From: Octopus vulgaris
Lineage: Eukaryota
Direction: 5' to 3'
DNA: 64,000 nucleotides
Assembly (NCBI GenBank): GCA_951406725.2
Contig: OX597818.1
Coordinates: 110,546,001 to 110,610,000, forward strand
Shown: piece after piece, positions 12,054 through 25,711 of the stretch
Layout: each line of letters begins with the position of its first letter
Position numbering within the stretch: position 1 is the stretch's first letter
Translations under genes and position numbers: made by a program
Notes under the pieces: generated by a model
The model's database searches: none
What the model was told of the DNA's origin: nothing
Seen by the model: the letters and a program-made list of their open reading frames with translations, nothing else

Positions 12054-12584
12054 GTGTGTGTGTATGCACACGTACATACACGCACAAATTCACGTGCGAT
12101 CGTGAAGATATGCATACTGTAATGAAATTAGTATGGCTTGGCTGTATATAAATTTTAAACTATACACACGCGCACAAACATCCCTGTATGCACGGACTCA
12201 CAGACACACTCACAGACACTCGCAGTAACTATATATAACTATACATGTATGAATGCACCTACATCCATGTGTGTGTATTACACTAGTGCATATGTACCAA
12301 ATATATTGTATCACGTGATAGCAGTAACCAATATTACTTTTTCACTCAATATTTCTTTTTATAAATATGTTTAATATACAACAGACATTAGGATAACATG
12401 AACATTATGATATAGTGTAAGAGCGATATAACACAACAGAGAAAAGGAGAGAATATCATAGCTTCATTCTATCTCGTTGCTGCTAGACGAGTGCTAAGTC
12501 ACGTGCTCTTCCCATGCAACCACATCACAGTCTGTCGTCTGCTGAATCTTCGTCGTTTGCTTGCCCTTGCCTTTATTGTCTCTT

Positions 12585-12729
12585 ATGTGTGTATGTATGT
12601 ATATATATGTATGTGTGTGTATGTATGTATGTATGTGTGTGTATGTATGTATATATGTATGTGTGTATGTATATATGTATGTATGTGTGTATGTATGTAT
12701 GTATGTATGTATGTGTGCATGTATGTATG

Positions 12730-12765
<36 letters not shown>

Positions 12766-13003
12766 TGCGTGTATGCATGTATGTATGTATGTATGTGTGT
12801 ATGTATGTGTGTGTGTATGTATGTATGTATGTATGCATGTATGTATGTATGTATGTGTGTATGTGTGTATGTGTGTATGTGTGTATATATGTATATATGT
12901 ATGTATCTATATATATATATATGTATGTATGTGAATGTGTGTGTATGTGTGTGAGGGTGTATGTGTGTAAGTGTGTGCTTGTATGTATGAGTGTGATGGT
13001 GTG

Positions 13004-13034
<31 letters not shown>

Positions 13035-13135
13035 TGTGTGTGTGTGTGTTAGTGTGTCTGCATGTGTGTATGTGCTGTGAATGTATGTGTCAGTGTGTAC
13101 GTGAATGTCTGAGAGTGCGTGTGAGTTTGTGAGTG

Positions 13136-13212
<77 letters not shown>
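12585..13212. repeat. (TATG)n/(TG)n compound microsatellite
   Basis: Low-complexity array. Confidence 0.95.
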
Positions 13213-13218
<6 letters not shown>

Positions 13219-13410
13219 TTTTGCTAACAGATTCCCCCCGGCCTTGCTCGCATGCAAGAATGATTTTCAAAGTTAAATGACGAAATTCATTCCAACTTCT
13301 TACTCAATGCTTTTTTGTATTAATATAAGCTTCTTATGGCAATTAGCAAGTTTTTTCTAAATGTAACAATGTTTTCTAATAGTGCTTACTCCATAAACAA
13401 TAACAGCTGG

Positions 13411-13445
<35 letters not shown>

Positions 13446-13657
13446 GAAATAAATGAAGTTAAAAAGGTAACGGCAAGCATTGTCTGTTTGCAGTTTCAGC
13501 TTCTTTTGTGCTTTTTATGTTACACACATACACACACACACACACACGCATACATGTTTTGCTAGCCACCTAATTTTTACTATTTTTAACAGTAATATTA
13601 CTTCACATATGTATATATATATATATAGGTATGTGTGTGTGTGTGTATGTATGTATT

Positions 13658-13726
<69 letters not shown>

Positions 13727-13756
13727 GCGAGAATGAAGCAACAAGAATGGATAGGT

Positions 13757-13847
13757 TTTTAGTACAATCGTTTCATACAAGGACAGGTTTTATTAAAAGT
13801 TGCAAAAATTACAGCATATAAACGTGTCCCGTACTCATCAGCTAAAA
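13757..13847 (-). ncRNA. Type I hammerhead ribozyme (mirror copy)
   Basis: Reverse complement of 14837-14926. Confidence 0.75.
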
Positions 13848-14836
13848 TACATGTGAGTTCTCTAGACATCCTAGTGGTTGAGGCTATACTCATGAAGTAA
13901 TGTAGATAATTAAGTAACATAAACAGATTTCAAAAGTTCATTAAAGTTCTTTAAAGATGATGTACAGTCTTATCACAGAATTTTAAAAAAGTCTTAATAG
14001 CATCACAGAGAAGGTGACCTAATCCATAGTGCACATATGAATTTCCAGAGATATGATGAGGGATTACATACTCACAGAAGACAAATTTATCCATTGTTAA
14101 TTACAACGAGGTGGGTTTCAATTCCTGCTTATTAGCATTACAGAGAGGGTGAATTAATCCTTTGTATAGATGCACAATTTCCAATGGTGTAGGTGTAAAT
14201 TTCAAGGAATTTCATATTCACAGGCGATGAATTTATCAATGGTTGAACACAATGAGGTAGGTATCAATTCTTGCTATATGATTAGGTATTTGCCACATTA
14301 ATCACATTACTGCTATTTACAAGAGGCTGTAGCTATTTTTGTAGCAAAATAGCTACAGCCTCTTGTAAATAGCAGTAATGTGATTAATGTGGCAAATACC
14401 TAATCATATAGCAAGAATTGATACCTACCTCATTGTGTTCAACCATTGATAAATTCATCGCCTGTGAATATGAAATTCCTTGGAAATTTACACCTACACC
14501 ATTGGAAATTGTGCATCTATACAAAGGATTAATTCACCCTCTCTGTAATGCTAATAAGCAGGAATTGAAACCCACCTCGTTGTAATTAACAATGGATAAA
14601 TTTGTCTTCTGTGAGTATGTAATCCCTCATCATATCTCTGGAAATTCATATGTGCACTATGGATTAGGTCACCTTCTCTGTGATGCTATTAAGACTTTTA
14701 AAATTCTGTGATAAGACTGTACATCATCTTTAAAGAACTTTAATGAACTTTTGAAATCTGTTTATGTTACTTAATTATCTACATTACTTCATGAGTATAG
14801 CCTCAACCACTAGGATGTCTAGAGAACTCACATGTA

Positions 14837-14926
14837 TTTTAGCTGATGAGTACGGACACGTTTATATGCTGTAATTTTTGCAACTTTTAATAAAACCTGT
14901 CCTTGTATGAAACGATTGTACTAAAA
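14837..14926 (+). ncRNA. Minimal type I hammerhead ribozyme
   Basis: ttttag CTGATGA gtacggaca...tgtccttgtat GAAAC gatt GTA ctaaaa. 6-bp stem I, long stem II, 2-bp stem III, GUA site. Confidence 0.78.
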
Positions 14927-15068
14927 ACCTATCCATTCTTGTTGCTTCATTCTCGCTTATAATCACCCCACATTACTGTATTGTTAAATCAGTATAGTTT
15001 TTTTTGGTGCATCTAAGTTAGGTACCATATTCAAGTAAATTCATTTAAATTAACTTGAATCTTTATTG

Positions 15069-15178
<110 letters not shown>

Positions 15179-15387
15179 GTATGTATATATTTATATTATA
15201 TGTATATGTACGCATATACGTATGACAGCGTGATGACATCATTCGAAAGCTAAAATAATGCAAAAAGGATTGTGGCCAACGACGTATAACTACAGTCTGG
15301 TGGATCACGTGATAATGTGTGTGTGTATGTGTGTGTGTGGAAGTGCTGAATGTGAGTATCAGTGATCACGCAAAGAAATATACATAA

Positions 15388-15782
15388 AGGCTCCGACATG
15401 GCAGTGTGGTAAGAAACTTGCTTCACAACCATATGGTTCTGGGTTCAGTCCCACTGTGTGACACCTTGCGCAAGTCTCTTCTACTATAGTGTCGGGCTGA
15501 CTGAAACGTTGTTAGTGGATTTGATAGACGGAAACTGATTGAAGCGCGTCTTATACAGCTGTGTGTGTGTGTATATTAGTGTCTGTTTTTGTTCCCACCA
15601 CCGCTTGACAACCGGTGCTGGTGTGCTTACGTCCCTGTAACTTAGCGGTTCGGCATAGGTGACCAACAGAATAGGTACCAGACTTTAAAGAAAGTACTGG
15701 TGTCGATTCGTTCGACTAAAATTCTCCAAGGCGATGCCCCAGCATGACCGCAGTTAAATGATCGAAGCAGGTAAAGGATAAT
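15388..15782 (+). mobile_element. SINE family A
   Basis: Colinear with the 10263 copy. Confidence 0.88.
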
Positions 15783-17279
15783 CGATATAACAAACTGAGG
15801 AAAATTGCACGGAAAATTGAGAAATTACAAGTCAAAAATTTAGAAAAATAGTTTGTTATATTCCCTTAATAAATCTAACAAGAATGTGTTGTCTTGTAAT
15901 TGCTTTCTCCCGCCGTTGTCATGGTAAACTATACAATCATTTCATTTAATTCTGTTAGGATTTGCTGACAACATGTTATTCATATTATTCATAAAGTAAT
16001 CACAAGACAGTAATACATTTCTACACTTGTCTCTCTTAGAACTGTTGCTAAAAGCCTTAACGTCATCCTTTCGAAAACTTCAGACATATTCACATTCCTT
16101 CCTCATATCACTTCTCTTTTATTTCTGCCACAAACACATTTTGCCCAATTTTCCCTTACCAAAACTGCAACATTCTTTAACTTTTAATCTGCTCAAGAGA
16201 AAACCCAATTTTTGACCTACAAAACTACGGAGGTCTAAACTAAACAATACCGGTCTGGGAGGTCCCCAAATTATTTTCTATAAAAAGATAAGCCATTTAG
16301 GCTGGGGTCACAATCAGGAATATTTACAGCATTTTTTACTTAGAGCAAAAAAATATTTTTTTACAAACGTTCACTACCTTACAAATGCTAAACCAGCTGA
16401 TCTAATCACCTTCTCTAAATGCATTAGAAGCACTAAAACCTATTCAGAACACTGTTTCAGAAAATTATCTCCGTTCCCTTTTAGAATAAAATAGACAAAT
16501 TTTGCTGGGGGGAAATGATTACGACAAATTAAGGTTAATTTTCCTCATCAATTCTCAAGAATTTCATTTGAAAAAAGACCCATACACATCAGTATCCATC
16601 TTTAGACATCAAAAAGATCAGAAATACAACAAAAATCTAGAATATTTAGGTCGAATGGAAAAGGTTAATGGAAAATGGCGTCTGATATGAAATTAACGAA
16701 GTCTAAAACCTCAGAATAAAATATTTTCTCTCTCTTTTTCACGATTTGCTGGACTGACTCTTTTCCTGATATATTTAAGCACGAAGCAATTAATGAGAAG
16801 TTTTGGAAATTAGTCATAATCATTTATTTTCCATTTTGGACATCATTTTTGAAAATTGAAAATCATCAAATTAGACAGAATACAACAGAGAAAAGAATGT
16901 TGATTGTTAAATACTAAAAATTATCCAGATATGTTATTAACAACCTTAATTACAATCCGATCGATGTTGAAGAAACATTTCTTGAAAAAAGCAGTTACCT
17001 GTCACCTGGCTATGTCTTAAACTCTCTCAACTTCAACAACAACAACAACAACAACTATGCTGACCAACTTATACTCCCAAGGACGATGCAACAGTACAAA
17101 ACGATGATGTAATACTTGCAATGTAATGGTTTCAAGCAAGGTAAAAAAACAAATCAGAAATTACTCACTTTGCCCCACTTACACATTTGGTTCCCCACTA
17201 CTTATATTCGCTTGTAAAATCAATTACACCTTGTAAGTGTCATATGTGAACGAATGATTGGATTATCCCCAGAGATCGA

Positions 17280-17390
17280 CTGGCAGAACCGGTAGCACAT
17301 CGGGTAAATGCTTGCGGCATTTATTCCGGGGTTTTTTCACTTCTGAGTTGAAATCCTGCCGAGGTCACGTTTGCCTTTAAATCTTCCGGA
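17280..17390 (+). mobile_element. SINE family B head fragment (diverged)
   Basis: ctggcagaacc..tagcac...ctgagttgaaatcctgccgaggtc. Confidence 0.65.
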
Positions 17391-17450
17391 CAACATAGTG
17401 GCATAAAACTTCCAGAATGGATTCTAACCCCGCCTCCTTCTGTCTCTGTT

Positions 17451-17482
<32 letters not shown>

Positions 17483-17965
17483 CAAACTTTCTGCTCCGCA
17501 TTGTCGGAAGCACATGAAGTAACTCCCGTGGATCATTTTCCTCTTATACAATTATATCCACCCTCTTACTTAGTAATAACCTGGTAGAGCATCCCCCGTG
17601 ATGGTAATTACCGGTATTAACAATGTTCGAACGTAAAACGATTAATATGTGTGTGTAATAGCGTGGAATATCTAATCAGCCATACTGCCTCTGCACCCGG
17701 TCTGCTATGAGCAAGCCATCAAGGAATCACCTAACGAGAAATAGTTAGCAGATCTACCTCAAGTCATACCCTACCATCTTAATAAAAAGGAGGATAATGT
17801 CACACAGAGAACAAGGTTGGATGGAAGTGGATGGATTGTTTTTGTTCTTAAAGGTTTTCGCTTATGGTTGACTTGGACCTCAACAGCATTCTTCGTTTTT
17901 CCAGTTAATACTTCACGCAATAAATTACAGTTTATTTTATGTGATAAGAATTGCTAAGAATTGAT

Positions 17966-18196
17966 GGCAGTGAGCTGGCAGAAACGTTAGCACGCCAGGC
18001 GAAATGCTTAGCGATATTTTGTCTGCCGTTACGTTCTGAGTTCAAATTCCGCCGAGGTCGACTTTGCCTTTCATCCTTTCGGGGTCGATAAATTAAGTAC
18101 CAGTTACGCACTGGGGTCGATGTAATCGACTCAATCCGTTTGTCAGTCCTTGTTTGTCCCCTCTATGTTTAGCCCCTTGTGGGTAGTAAAGAAATA
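17966..18196 (+). mobile_element. SINE family B
   Basis: Full monomer, flanked by an about 18-bp TSD (aagaattg(c/t)taagaattg). Confidence 0.9.
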
Positions 18197-19145
18197 AGAA
18201 TTGTTAAGAATTGGTAAGACACTCTCTAGAGAGCTGAACAGTAGAAAGTCTTCAGAGAACAAATCCACCTTCAGCAAGTGTTTTGGCCCTTAACCTCTTA
18301 CACTCTAACAGGGCTGGACCGCATCCAGGTCATCACACTTTAGTTCCCTTCTGCTGATACTTTTTTAGCCGCTTGGATATCGGAAACTTGTGCATTTAAA
18401 CTGCTTGGAGATTTCATCTAGTTGGGACTGTTCTCGTTAGCTCAGCTTTATACTGGACAAATCGAGAAAATAATAACTTCAATAAAATCCGCCAATATTT
18501 TCAAGTATAGTTGCTCTCTGTGTAGCTGTAACTGTGAATTAATTTCAGATAACATAAATTTTCCATTCTTTTTCAGAGACTTCAAATTTCTGTTTAATTT
18601 TATTCTTCAAGATAAAAGAGATGAAATAGCAAAGCTGTTTTTTTTTTTGTTTCTTTTTCCTTCTACAGACTTTTATTTTATTTTGACGATTGTCTTAAAA
18701 ACATTATTTCCCGTTTCCGGTTAATAGATTTCTCTATGAATTTATTCCTCTTTTACGTTTTCCATTTCGTAATATCCTCAAATTTCGAGTGTCTTTGTTG
18801 TGTCAATGTTGTTGTTGTTGATGGTGATTTGTTTTATATCGATCTGATTATCATTATAATCTTCGTAGTTATTCCTACAAACAAACTACCTCAAACACCA
18901 ACTTCAACATCGACAACACCAGCGACTGCAAAATCCTCAACACAATCATCATCACCATTACCATCGTTATCATAAACATCATCATAACCATTATCATCAA
19001 TGCTGTATAATAATACTTTCATTATTATTGCCGGTTTATTACTACTAAAAATTGCTGACTGGCCTGCTGGTGTTCCCTCATCTATGCCCCATTGGCTAAT
19101 ATAAAATTAACATCATCATCATCGTCATCGTTATTATTTTCTTAA

Positions 19146-19359
19146 GGCGACGAGCTGACAGAATCGTTAGCACACCACGCGAAATGCTTAGCGGTATTTC
19201 GTCTGCAGCTATGTTCTGAATTCGAACTCCGCCGAGGTCAACTTTGCCTCTCATAGTTTCAGGCTCAATAAATTAAGTACCAGTGAAATATTGGGGTCGA
19301 TGTAATCGACTACCCCCCTCCCCCATATTTTAGGCCCTGTGCCTATAGTAGAAAGGATG

Positions 19360-19360
<1 letters not shown>
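19146..19360 (+). mobile_element. SINE family B followed by (ATT)n
   Basis: Colinear with other B copies. Confidence 0.85.
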
Positions 19361-19424
<64 letters not shown>

Positions 19425-19426
19425 CA

Positions 19427-19476
<50 letters not shown>

Positions 19477-19517
19477 TTTTTATTATTATTATTTTTATTA
19501 TTATTATACCACTCAGA

Positions 19518-19728
19518 CTAGAATCAAACCCACATATCAATGCTAACATAGCTCCTTGCGCATCCGATTGAGCTAGGACACTCACCTATAAATTTCAGCC
19601 AAATCTTATGTATTAGACAGTTTATTATCTATACATAAAATTTGGTTGAAATTTACGGGTGAGTGTTCTGGCTCAATCGGATGCTCAAGGTACCATGTTA
19701 GCGTTGTGATATGTGAGTTCGATTCTAG
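19518..19728. repeat. Imperfect inverted repeat (about 97-bp arms) of a tRNA-like sequence
   Basis: ctagaatcaaacccacatatc...aaatttcagccaaat pairs with atttggttgaaattt...gatatgtgagttcgattctag. Confidence 0.8.
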
Positions 19729-19786
19729 CGTTAGTTAGCTCATGATTTTTCAGTCAATTGTTTAGATAAATGTCGCTTTAATCAGA

Positions 19787-19832
<46 letters not shown>

Positions 19833-19989
19833 TAATATTATGATATATTATTATATAGTTATTGTATAGAAAAGACTGTCGTAGTCGCTTTTTTTCCGTA
19901 ACTTATCAAGCCTCTAGGTTTGTTTACAAATATTATATGTAGCATATATATGTATATGTGTTTGTGTGCATGCATGCATGTATGTATAT

Positions 19990-20150
19990 TTGACGGGTTT
20001 CTTTCACTTTCCAATGACCAAATCTACTCACAAGGCTTTGGTCAGCTCAAGGCTATAGTAGAAGGCACTTGCCTAAGGTGCCACGCAGTGGGACTGAATC
20101 CAGAACCATGTGATTGAAAAGCAAACTTCTTACCATACAGCTACGCATGC
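19990..20150 (-). mobile_element. SINE family A 5' half
   Basis: caaggctttggtcag...aggtgccacgcagtgggactgaa. Confidence 0.8.
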
Positions 20151-20154
20151 GACA

Positions 20155-20400
20155 TTATTGTGTCGTGTCTCCGTCTGTATTCTGAAGGACCAACTTTCTG
20201 CATTCATTCACAAAACGCTGTGCAATCCCATTTCTATCACTGCAAACCCTGCAGTTGTCACTTTCTGCTGAATCGTCGTTCCTGCATTTAGTATAATTTT
20301 TCTCAAGTGCTTGTTCCTGCGCAGCACAGATTAGCACTTTTACCTCTGGCTTCAAGTAATCTGTGTTCTTACATCTTTCGAAAACTGTCCGTACATATTT
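20155..20400 (-). mobile_element. R4/Dong-like non-LTR retrotransposon fragment (zinc-knuckle region)
   Basis: LKPEVKVLICAAQEQAL..NY.KCR.D...ESDNCRVC....G....VNEC matches the AAQEQAL...CRxC...HxxxxC region of R4-clade elements. Confidence 0.75.
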
Positions 20401-20619
20401 GTTACTATCCCATTTTCTTTAGTCTTCCTTACTCGCATTTGTTATTGTTTGCACTCCGTGCAAATATTTACCCTGGCTGTAACAGATATTCTCAGCTTAA
20501 CCAACAAATGTTCTATGCGGCTAACAATATACCACCACAAGCAATTTTCTTTCGAGGACAAATGAAGTCTGATCAAAAAGCATTGAGACTGGTGCTATAA
20601 AAAGAAAACCACAACACAT

Positions 20620-20885
20620 AACAATTCAATATTTAATTTCCTTTGAAGCCACACACTTTATCCAGCGTTGTTTCCACTGACGGAAGCATTCCTGGAACTT
20701 CTTTTGGTGGGGTACTAGTGAATAGCACCTTCGTCGCATTCTCTTGGATTTTCTCAAAGTCTTGAAATCTTGCTGGGATCTTCCACTGCAAAGACTGAGC
20801 TTTGGTTTTGCGCTCATAGCCATAGACCAACGATTCACCAACTATTATAGCCGTTTTCAAGAAGTTTTCATCTTCTTTGACTTAA
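20620..20885 (-). mobile_element. mariner transposase relic, internally deleted
   Basis: IIVGESLVYGYERKTKAQSLQWK (cf. TGDESWVYGYDPETKxQSxQW) joined to RFQDFEKIQENA and KFQECFRQWKQRWIKCVAS. Confidence 0.8.
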
Positions 20886-21889
20886 TCAAGGATCTCCTAT
20901 GCACTTGAAACCCGATCGTCTGGAACCGGCCAGTATCAAAGATTCTATAATGATACTGACGGTCAAAACCACTGAGTCCCTCATTGTTACAAATCGTGAC
21001 GGGAACGACGCTTTCAGCATCCACAGACTGGAACCCTGATTAGATAACCCATCCACGCTTACCTTACATACAAGATTGTAGTCTGAGGCCAACTGCTTTA
21101 AACAGTGAACAACCCGTTCCGCCCCTAACTTAACGAAAGGTTTATCTCTTATACGACCTTGCTGATTTGTAGAGAGTAACCTATCCATAGTTTTACAGAA
21201 GTGGTTGTCTAAATATTTTTGAAAATACAATTTTTATAAAGAACACATTTTAATAACAAAATGCCTTTAATTCAATAACCAAACCTGTCGTTCTTTAGTA
21301 TTCTGCGAGTATTTCATCATCATTCTAGTCATTCGCTATTATTTCGTCGGTTATTAATGCTCGAGGGTATTCCTTTTTATTATGTGATCCATCACATGAC
21401 ATTTGATTTGTTGTTTCCAGAGACAAGTGAAAATTCGTATGGTTGCAATAGAACTTTTCTTTCAAATATTTTGATATGCTATCGGCAAGACAGAAATACA
21501 AAACGATGTGGTGTAGGGAAAATATTCAGCCATTCTACAATGTCTACGATTTTACTGTTTCTTATGAGTCATAATTTCTTAGTCACAAGATTTCTAACTG
21601 TTAAGATGGTTCGGGGTTCTTTCTCAAGAACGTTTGTAATTGAGTTTTTGATGAAGTTTAAACACAACCAATTCATTTATACAATCACAACACCTCAATT
21701 GTTTCCGTTTAGGCTTCCCTAAAAAGTGCAAAGCCTTCTACAAAAGCAACCAACGTTGCCAGCCGCTTGCTTTATATTTTCACTCTGCTTATTCGTATTT
21801 TTCATGAAATTTCATCTCGTTACACTGAAGCAACAAAACTATCGATTTCCATTAGTTCAATATTTCACCACTAATAAGTTCTATATTTC

Positions 21890-21970
<81 letters not shown>

Positions 21971-22554
21971 ACACACACACATACATAAACACACTCACCC
22001 GCTAACTCAATATGTATCTATTTCCTGCTCTCTGCCTCCCTCTTACTCTTCCGTTCTTTCTCTTTTTCAACTCGTCTTCTGCCATATAATTGGAGCAGGG
22101 ATTGTTCTTTGCGCTCAGAGCACAAAACAAAACAGCGTCTTGTGTTAATAACTGAACTTTCAAAACTTCTTTCGCTTTTCGATTTTTCTCATCTCACAGA
22201 TTTCTAATCAATTCTATTCACATCAACTGTCGTTATGAAACTCACAAAAACATCTTTCTCAATGATGTAATATTAGACTGAATAATGAAATTATAAATTT
22301 CAGGGATAACAAATGATTATTACTAGAATGTATCTCCTTTCAGAATTGATATAATTTCATCAAAAATACAGTGGCACAAAAGAGGGTTGTTTTAAGAAAA
22401 GAAATAGAAAACATCATAAACCTTTCTATTTATGTCGTTAGAGCATGCAGATTTCAGTGTATATAGGATGAAACAGTTTAAATGATGAAACATATTCGGA
22501 TTAATTATCTTCCGAAATTAAGGATAACCTTGATATATTCTTTGTTTAACATTG

Positions 22555-23530
22555 ATCTTTTACTGGTTTCACTCATTAGATTGCGGTCATGCTGGAGCAT
22601 CGCCTAGAAGAATTTTAGTCAAATTAGATTATTACATTTTTAGCCCGTTACTTATTCTATCGTCTTTTGCCGAACCACTAAGTTGCGGGGACATAAACAT
22701 AACAACACTGACTTTTAAGTGGCAGCGGAAGACAAACACACACATACATACAGATATGCGATGGGATTCTTTCAGTTTCCGTATACAAAATCCACTGACA
22801 AGGCTTTGGTTGGACCGAAACTATAGTAGAAAACAACTGCCCAAGGTGCCACGCAGTGGGACTGAACCCGGAACCATATGGTTGGGAAGCAAGCTTCTTA
22901 TTTCTTTATTGCCCAGAAGGGGCCAAACATAGAGGGGATAAACAAGGACAGACAAAGAGATTAAGTCGATTGCATCGACCCAAGTGCGTAACTGGTACTT
23001 AATATATCGATCCTGAAAGAATGAAAAGCAAAGTCGACCTCGGCGGAATTTAATCTTAGAACGTAACAGCAGACGAAATACCTATTTCTTTACTACCCAC
23101 AAGGGGCTAAACACAGAGAGGACAAACAAGGACAGACAACAGATTAAGTCGATTACATTGACCCCAGTGCGTAACTAGTACTTAATTTATCGACCCCGAA
23201 AGGATGAAAGGCAAATCGACCTCGGCGGAATTTGAACTCAGTACGTAGCGGCAGACGAAATACCTATTTCTATTTCTTTATTACCCACAAGGGGCTAGAC
23301 ACAGAGGGGACAAACAAGGACAGACATAGGTATTAAGTCGATTACATCGACCCCAATGCGTAACTGGTACTTAATTTATCGACCCCGAAAGGATGAAAGG
23401 CAAAGTCGACCTCGGTGGAATTTGAACTCACAACGTAACGGCAGACGAAATACCGCTAAGGATTTCGCCCAGCGTGCTAACGTTTCTGCCAGCTCGCCGC
23501 CTTCTTACCACACAGCCATTCCTGCGCCTA
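22555..23530 (-). mobile_element. SINE family A interrupted by a SINE family B trimer
   Basis: A body at 22555-22900 and A head remainder at 23501-23530, with TSD cttctta. Confidence 0.85.
22901..23501 (-). mobile_element. SINE family B tandem trimer
   Basis: Three units of about 180 bp; only the last carries the complete head (gccagctcgccgcc). Confidence 0.9.
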
Positions 23531-24298
23531 GACATCCTTAATCAGTTAGGTTGACTAAAGCCTCGTTGAATACCTAAAGGAAACTGTTTTCTATGAAGAT
23601 TAAATCTTGAAATGGTTTAACACAACGCGATCAAAAACATCCGTTCAATATTTTGTGCAAACAACGCAACAAGAAAAATTGATTTTCGATTTTTTTTTCT
23701 AAAATAAAAATTACCACGAAGATCGACATTTATATTCAAACATGACATAAAATTAGCATAATAAACAGGAAAACTAATGAACTAATTAAGAATTTCTATG
23801 AATAAAGATGAACGAATATTAACACAAATATAAAAACGGCTTGTAATGTTTCCGAAATAGAAGAATATTTTCTAAACGCGGTGTATGTTGGAAATATAAA
23901 TACATTGGAACTTGTTGCGTTTCATGTTTTTATTACTCTAATAATGCACCATTTCGATATAAATATCTATTTCCATTCACTGAATTAAACAATAATAGAT
24001 TTGTTGCTCTTTTGTTAGTTTGGTAAAAAAAATTATAGCTCAGATTTTATTTTAGTTAAATTTATTGCTGTGTGCCGTTTGTTGTTTTTGATTTCCTCTC
24101 ACGGAATGAAAATAACCAATATTGCCGAACGGGATGTTCAGACATTGAATTTTCATTGAGTGCTTTTAGTTCATTGGTTTCATTTAAGCTTTACGGTTCT
24201 ACCATCGATGGAGCATATTGGCGCTGGTCCTGGCGCTGGTCCTGGCGCTGGCGTTGTGTTAGCTCTGGCAGCGGTGACGGTGATGGTGGTAGTGATTG

Positions 24299-24343
<45 letters not shown>

Positions 24344-24441
24344 CGACGACGACGAAAGTGACTACGACATCCACGAAGGATTATTAATGATGTTGGTGCT
24401 GAAGACAGTGAGCTGGCAGAATCGTTAGCACGCCGGACAAA

Positions 24442-24487
<46 letters not shown>

Positions 24488-24489
<2 letters not shown>

Positions 24490-25238
24490 TTTTTGGATTT
24501 GGTTTGCAAGATTCTTTATATGAGTTCGTGTGTTGAAGCATATTCTGTTGTGTCTGGGGAGAGTCGTTTTCTTTTTGTGCCTTATAATGTAACACATTCA
24601 CTCACCGGTAAAATTTCCACTTTTTTCTTATTTTTATTTTCCTAAAATTTTCGTTGCATCTTGCAACCTTTCCAATAGACTTGACTATGTCTGTTATTTA
24701 CACTGCGTTCCCTTTTGTTTGTTTGTGCGCATGTGTGGGGGTCAGTGTGTGTGTGTGTGTGCCTATACATGCATGCATGTACATATGTATGTGTGTGTGT
24801 TTTTGCATGTGTATGTATGTATATATATGTATATATATACAAACACATGCTCACTCATACATAGAAAATACACAAACACGGACAGGCAAGCACATAAATA
24901 TGCAGGATACGTACATACAGATGCACACACATACATACATATATACATATGCATATACACACATATATACATACATACACATGCAAAAACACACACATAC
25001 ATACGTACATGCATGCATGTATAGGCACACACACACACACACTGACCCACACACATGCGCACAAACAAACCAAAGGGAATGAAATGTAAATAACGGACAG
25101 AGTCAAAACTTTTGAAAAGGTTGCAAGACGCAACGAAAATCTTAAGACAATAAAAATACGAAAAATGTGGAAATTTTACCGGTGAGTGTGTTAAATTATA
25201 AGGCACCAAAAGAAAATGACTCTCTCCAGTCACAACAG

Positions 25239-25240
<2 letters not shown>
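24488..25240. mobile_element. Inverted-pair non-coding element between (TA)n tracts
   Basis: About 24546-24840 is an imperfect reverse complement of about 24960-25238. It follows a truncated SINE B head (24405-24441). Confidence 0.75.
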
Positions 25241-25294
<54 letters not shown>

Positions 25295-25499
25295 TTGTTA
25301 GTTTCGGCGCGGAGACACTATTTTCTCAGATCTACTTTAGTTTAGTGATTCAAAATATTTAATAAGCATAAACCACATTGTCTTATGTCCTGTCTGTGGG
25401 CATGAATCAAGCTAGTCGTCTAAGCTGCTCAGGTACTGATCTTGCATATAGTGGTTGGGTCTACCAATCACAAAATTCTCTTACGAATTCAGTAATATC

Positions 25500-25711
25500 C
25501 TTTTCTACTCTAGGCTCAAAGCCCGACATTTTTGGGGAGGGGGCAGCTGATTAGGTCTACCCCAGTACGTAACTTGTACTTAATTTATCGTCCCCGAAAG
25601 GATGTAAGGCAAAGTCGACCTCGGCGGAATTTGAACTGAGAACGTAAAAACAGGCGAAATACACGTAAGAATTTCACCCGGCGTGCTAACCTTTCTGCCA
25701 TCTCGCTGCCC
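25500..25711 (-). mobile_element. SINE family B
   Basis: aaggcaaagtcgacctcggcggaatttgaact. Confidence 0.85.

Larger units (their letters stand above)
13727..14956. repeat. Near-perfect 1.2-kb palindrome (about 612-bp arms, 6-nt spacer)
   Basis: 13727-14339 is the reverse complement of 14346-14956. The right arm continues to (TA)n at about 15070. Confidence 0.95.

Noticed and set aside
22901-23501. CRISPR-like regularly spaced repeats
   Set aside because: The units are whole SINE monomers without unique spacers, the context is eukaryotic and there are no cas genes.
24160-24428. GAGPGAGP / poly-D or poly-H ORFs as a possible structural-protein exon
   Set aside because: Only a short 12-bp tandem repeat next to a (GAT)n microsatellite; no supportable splice or domain evidence.
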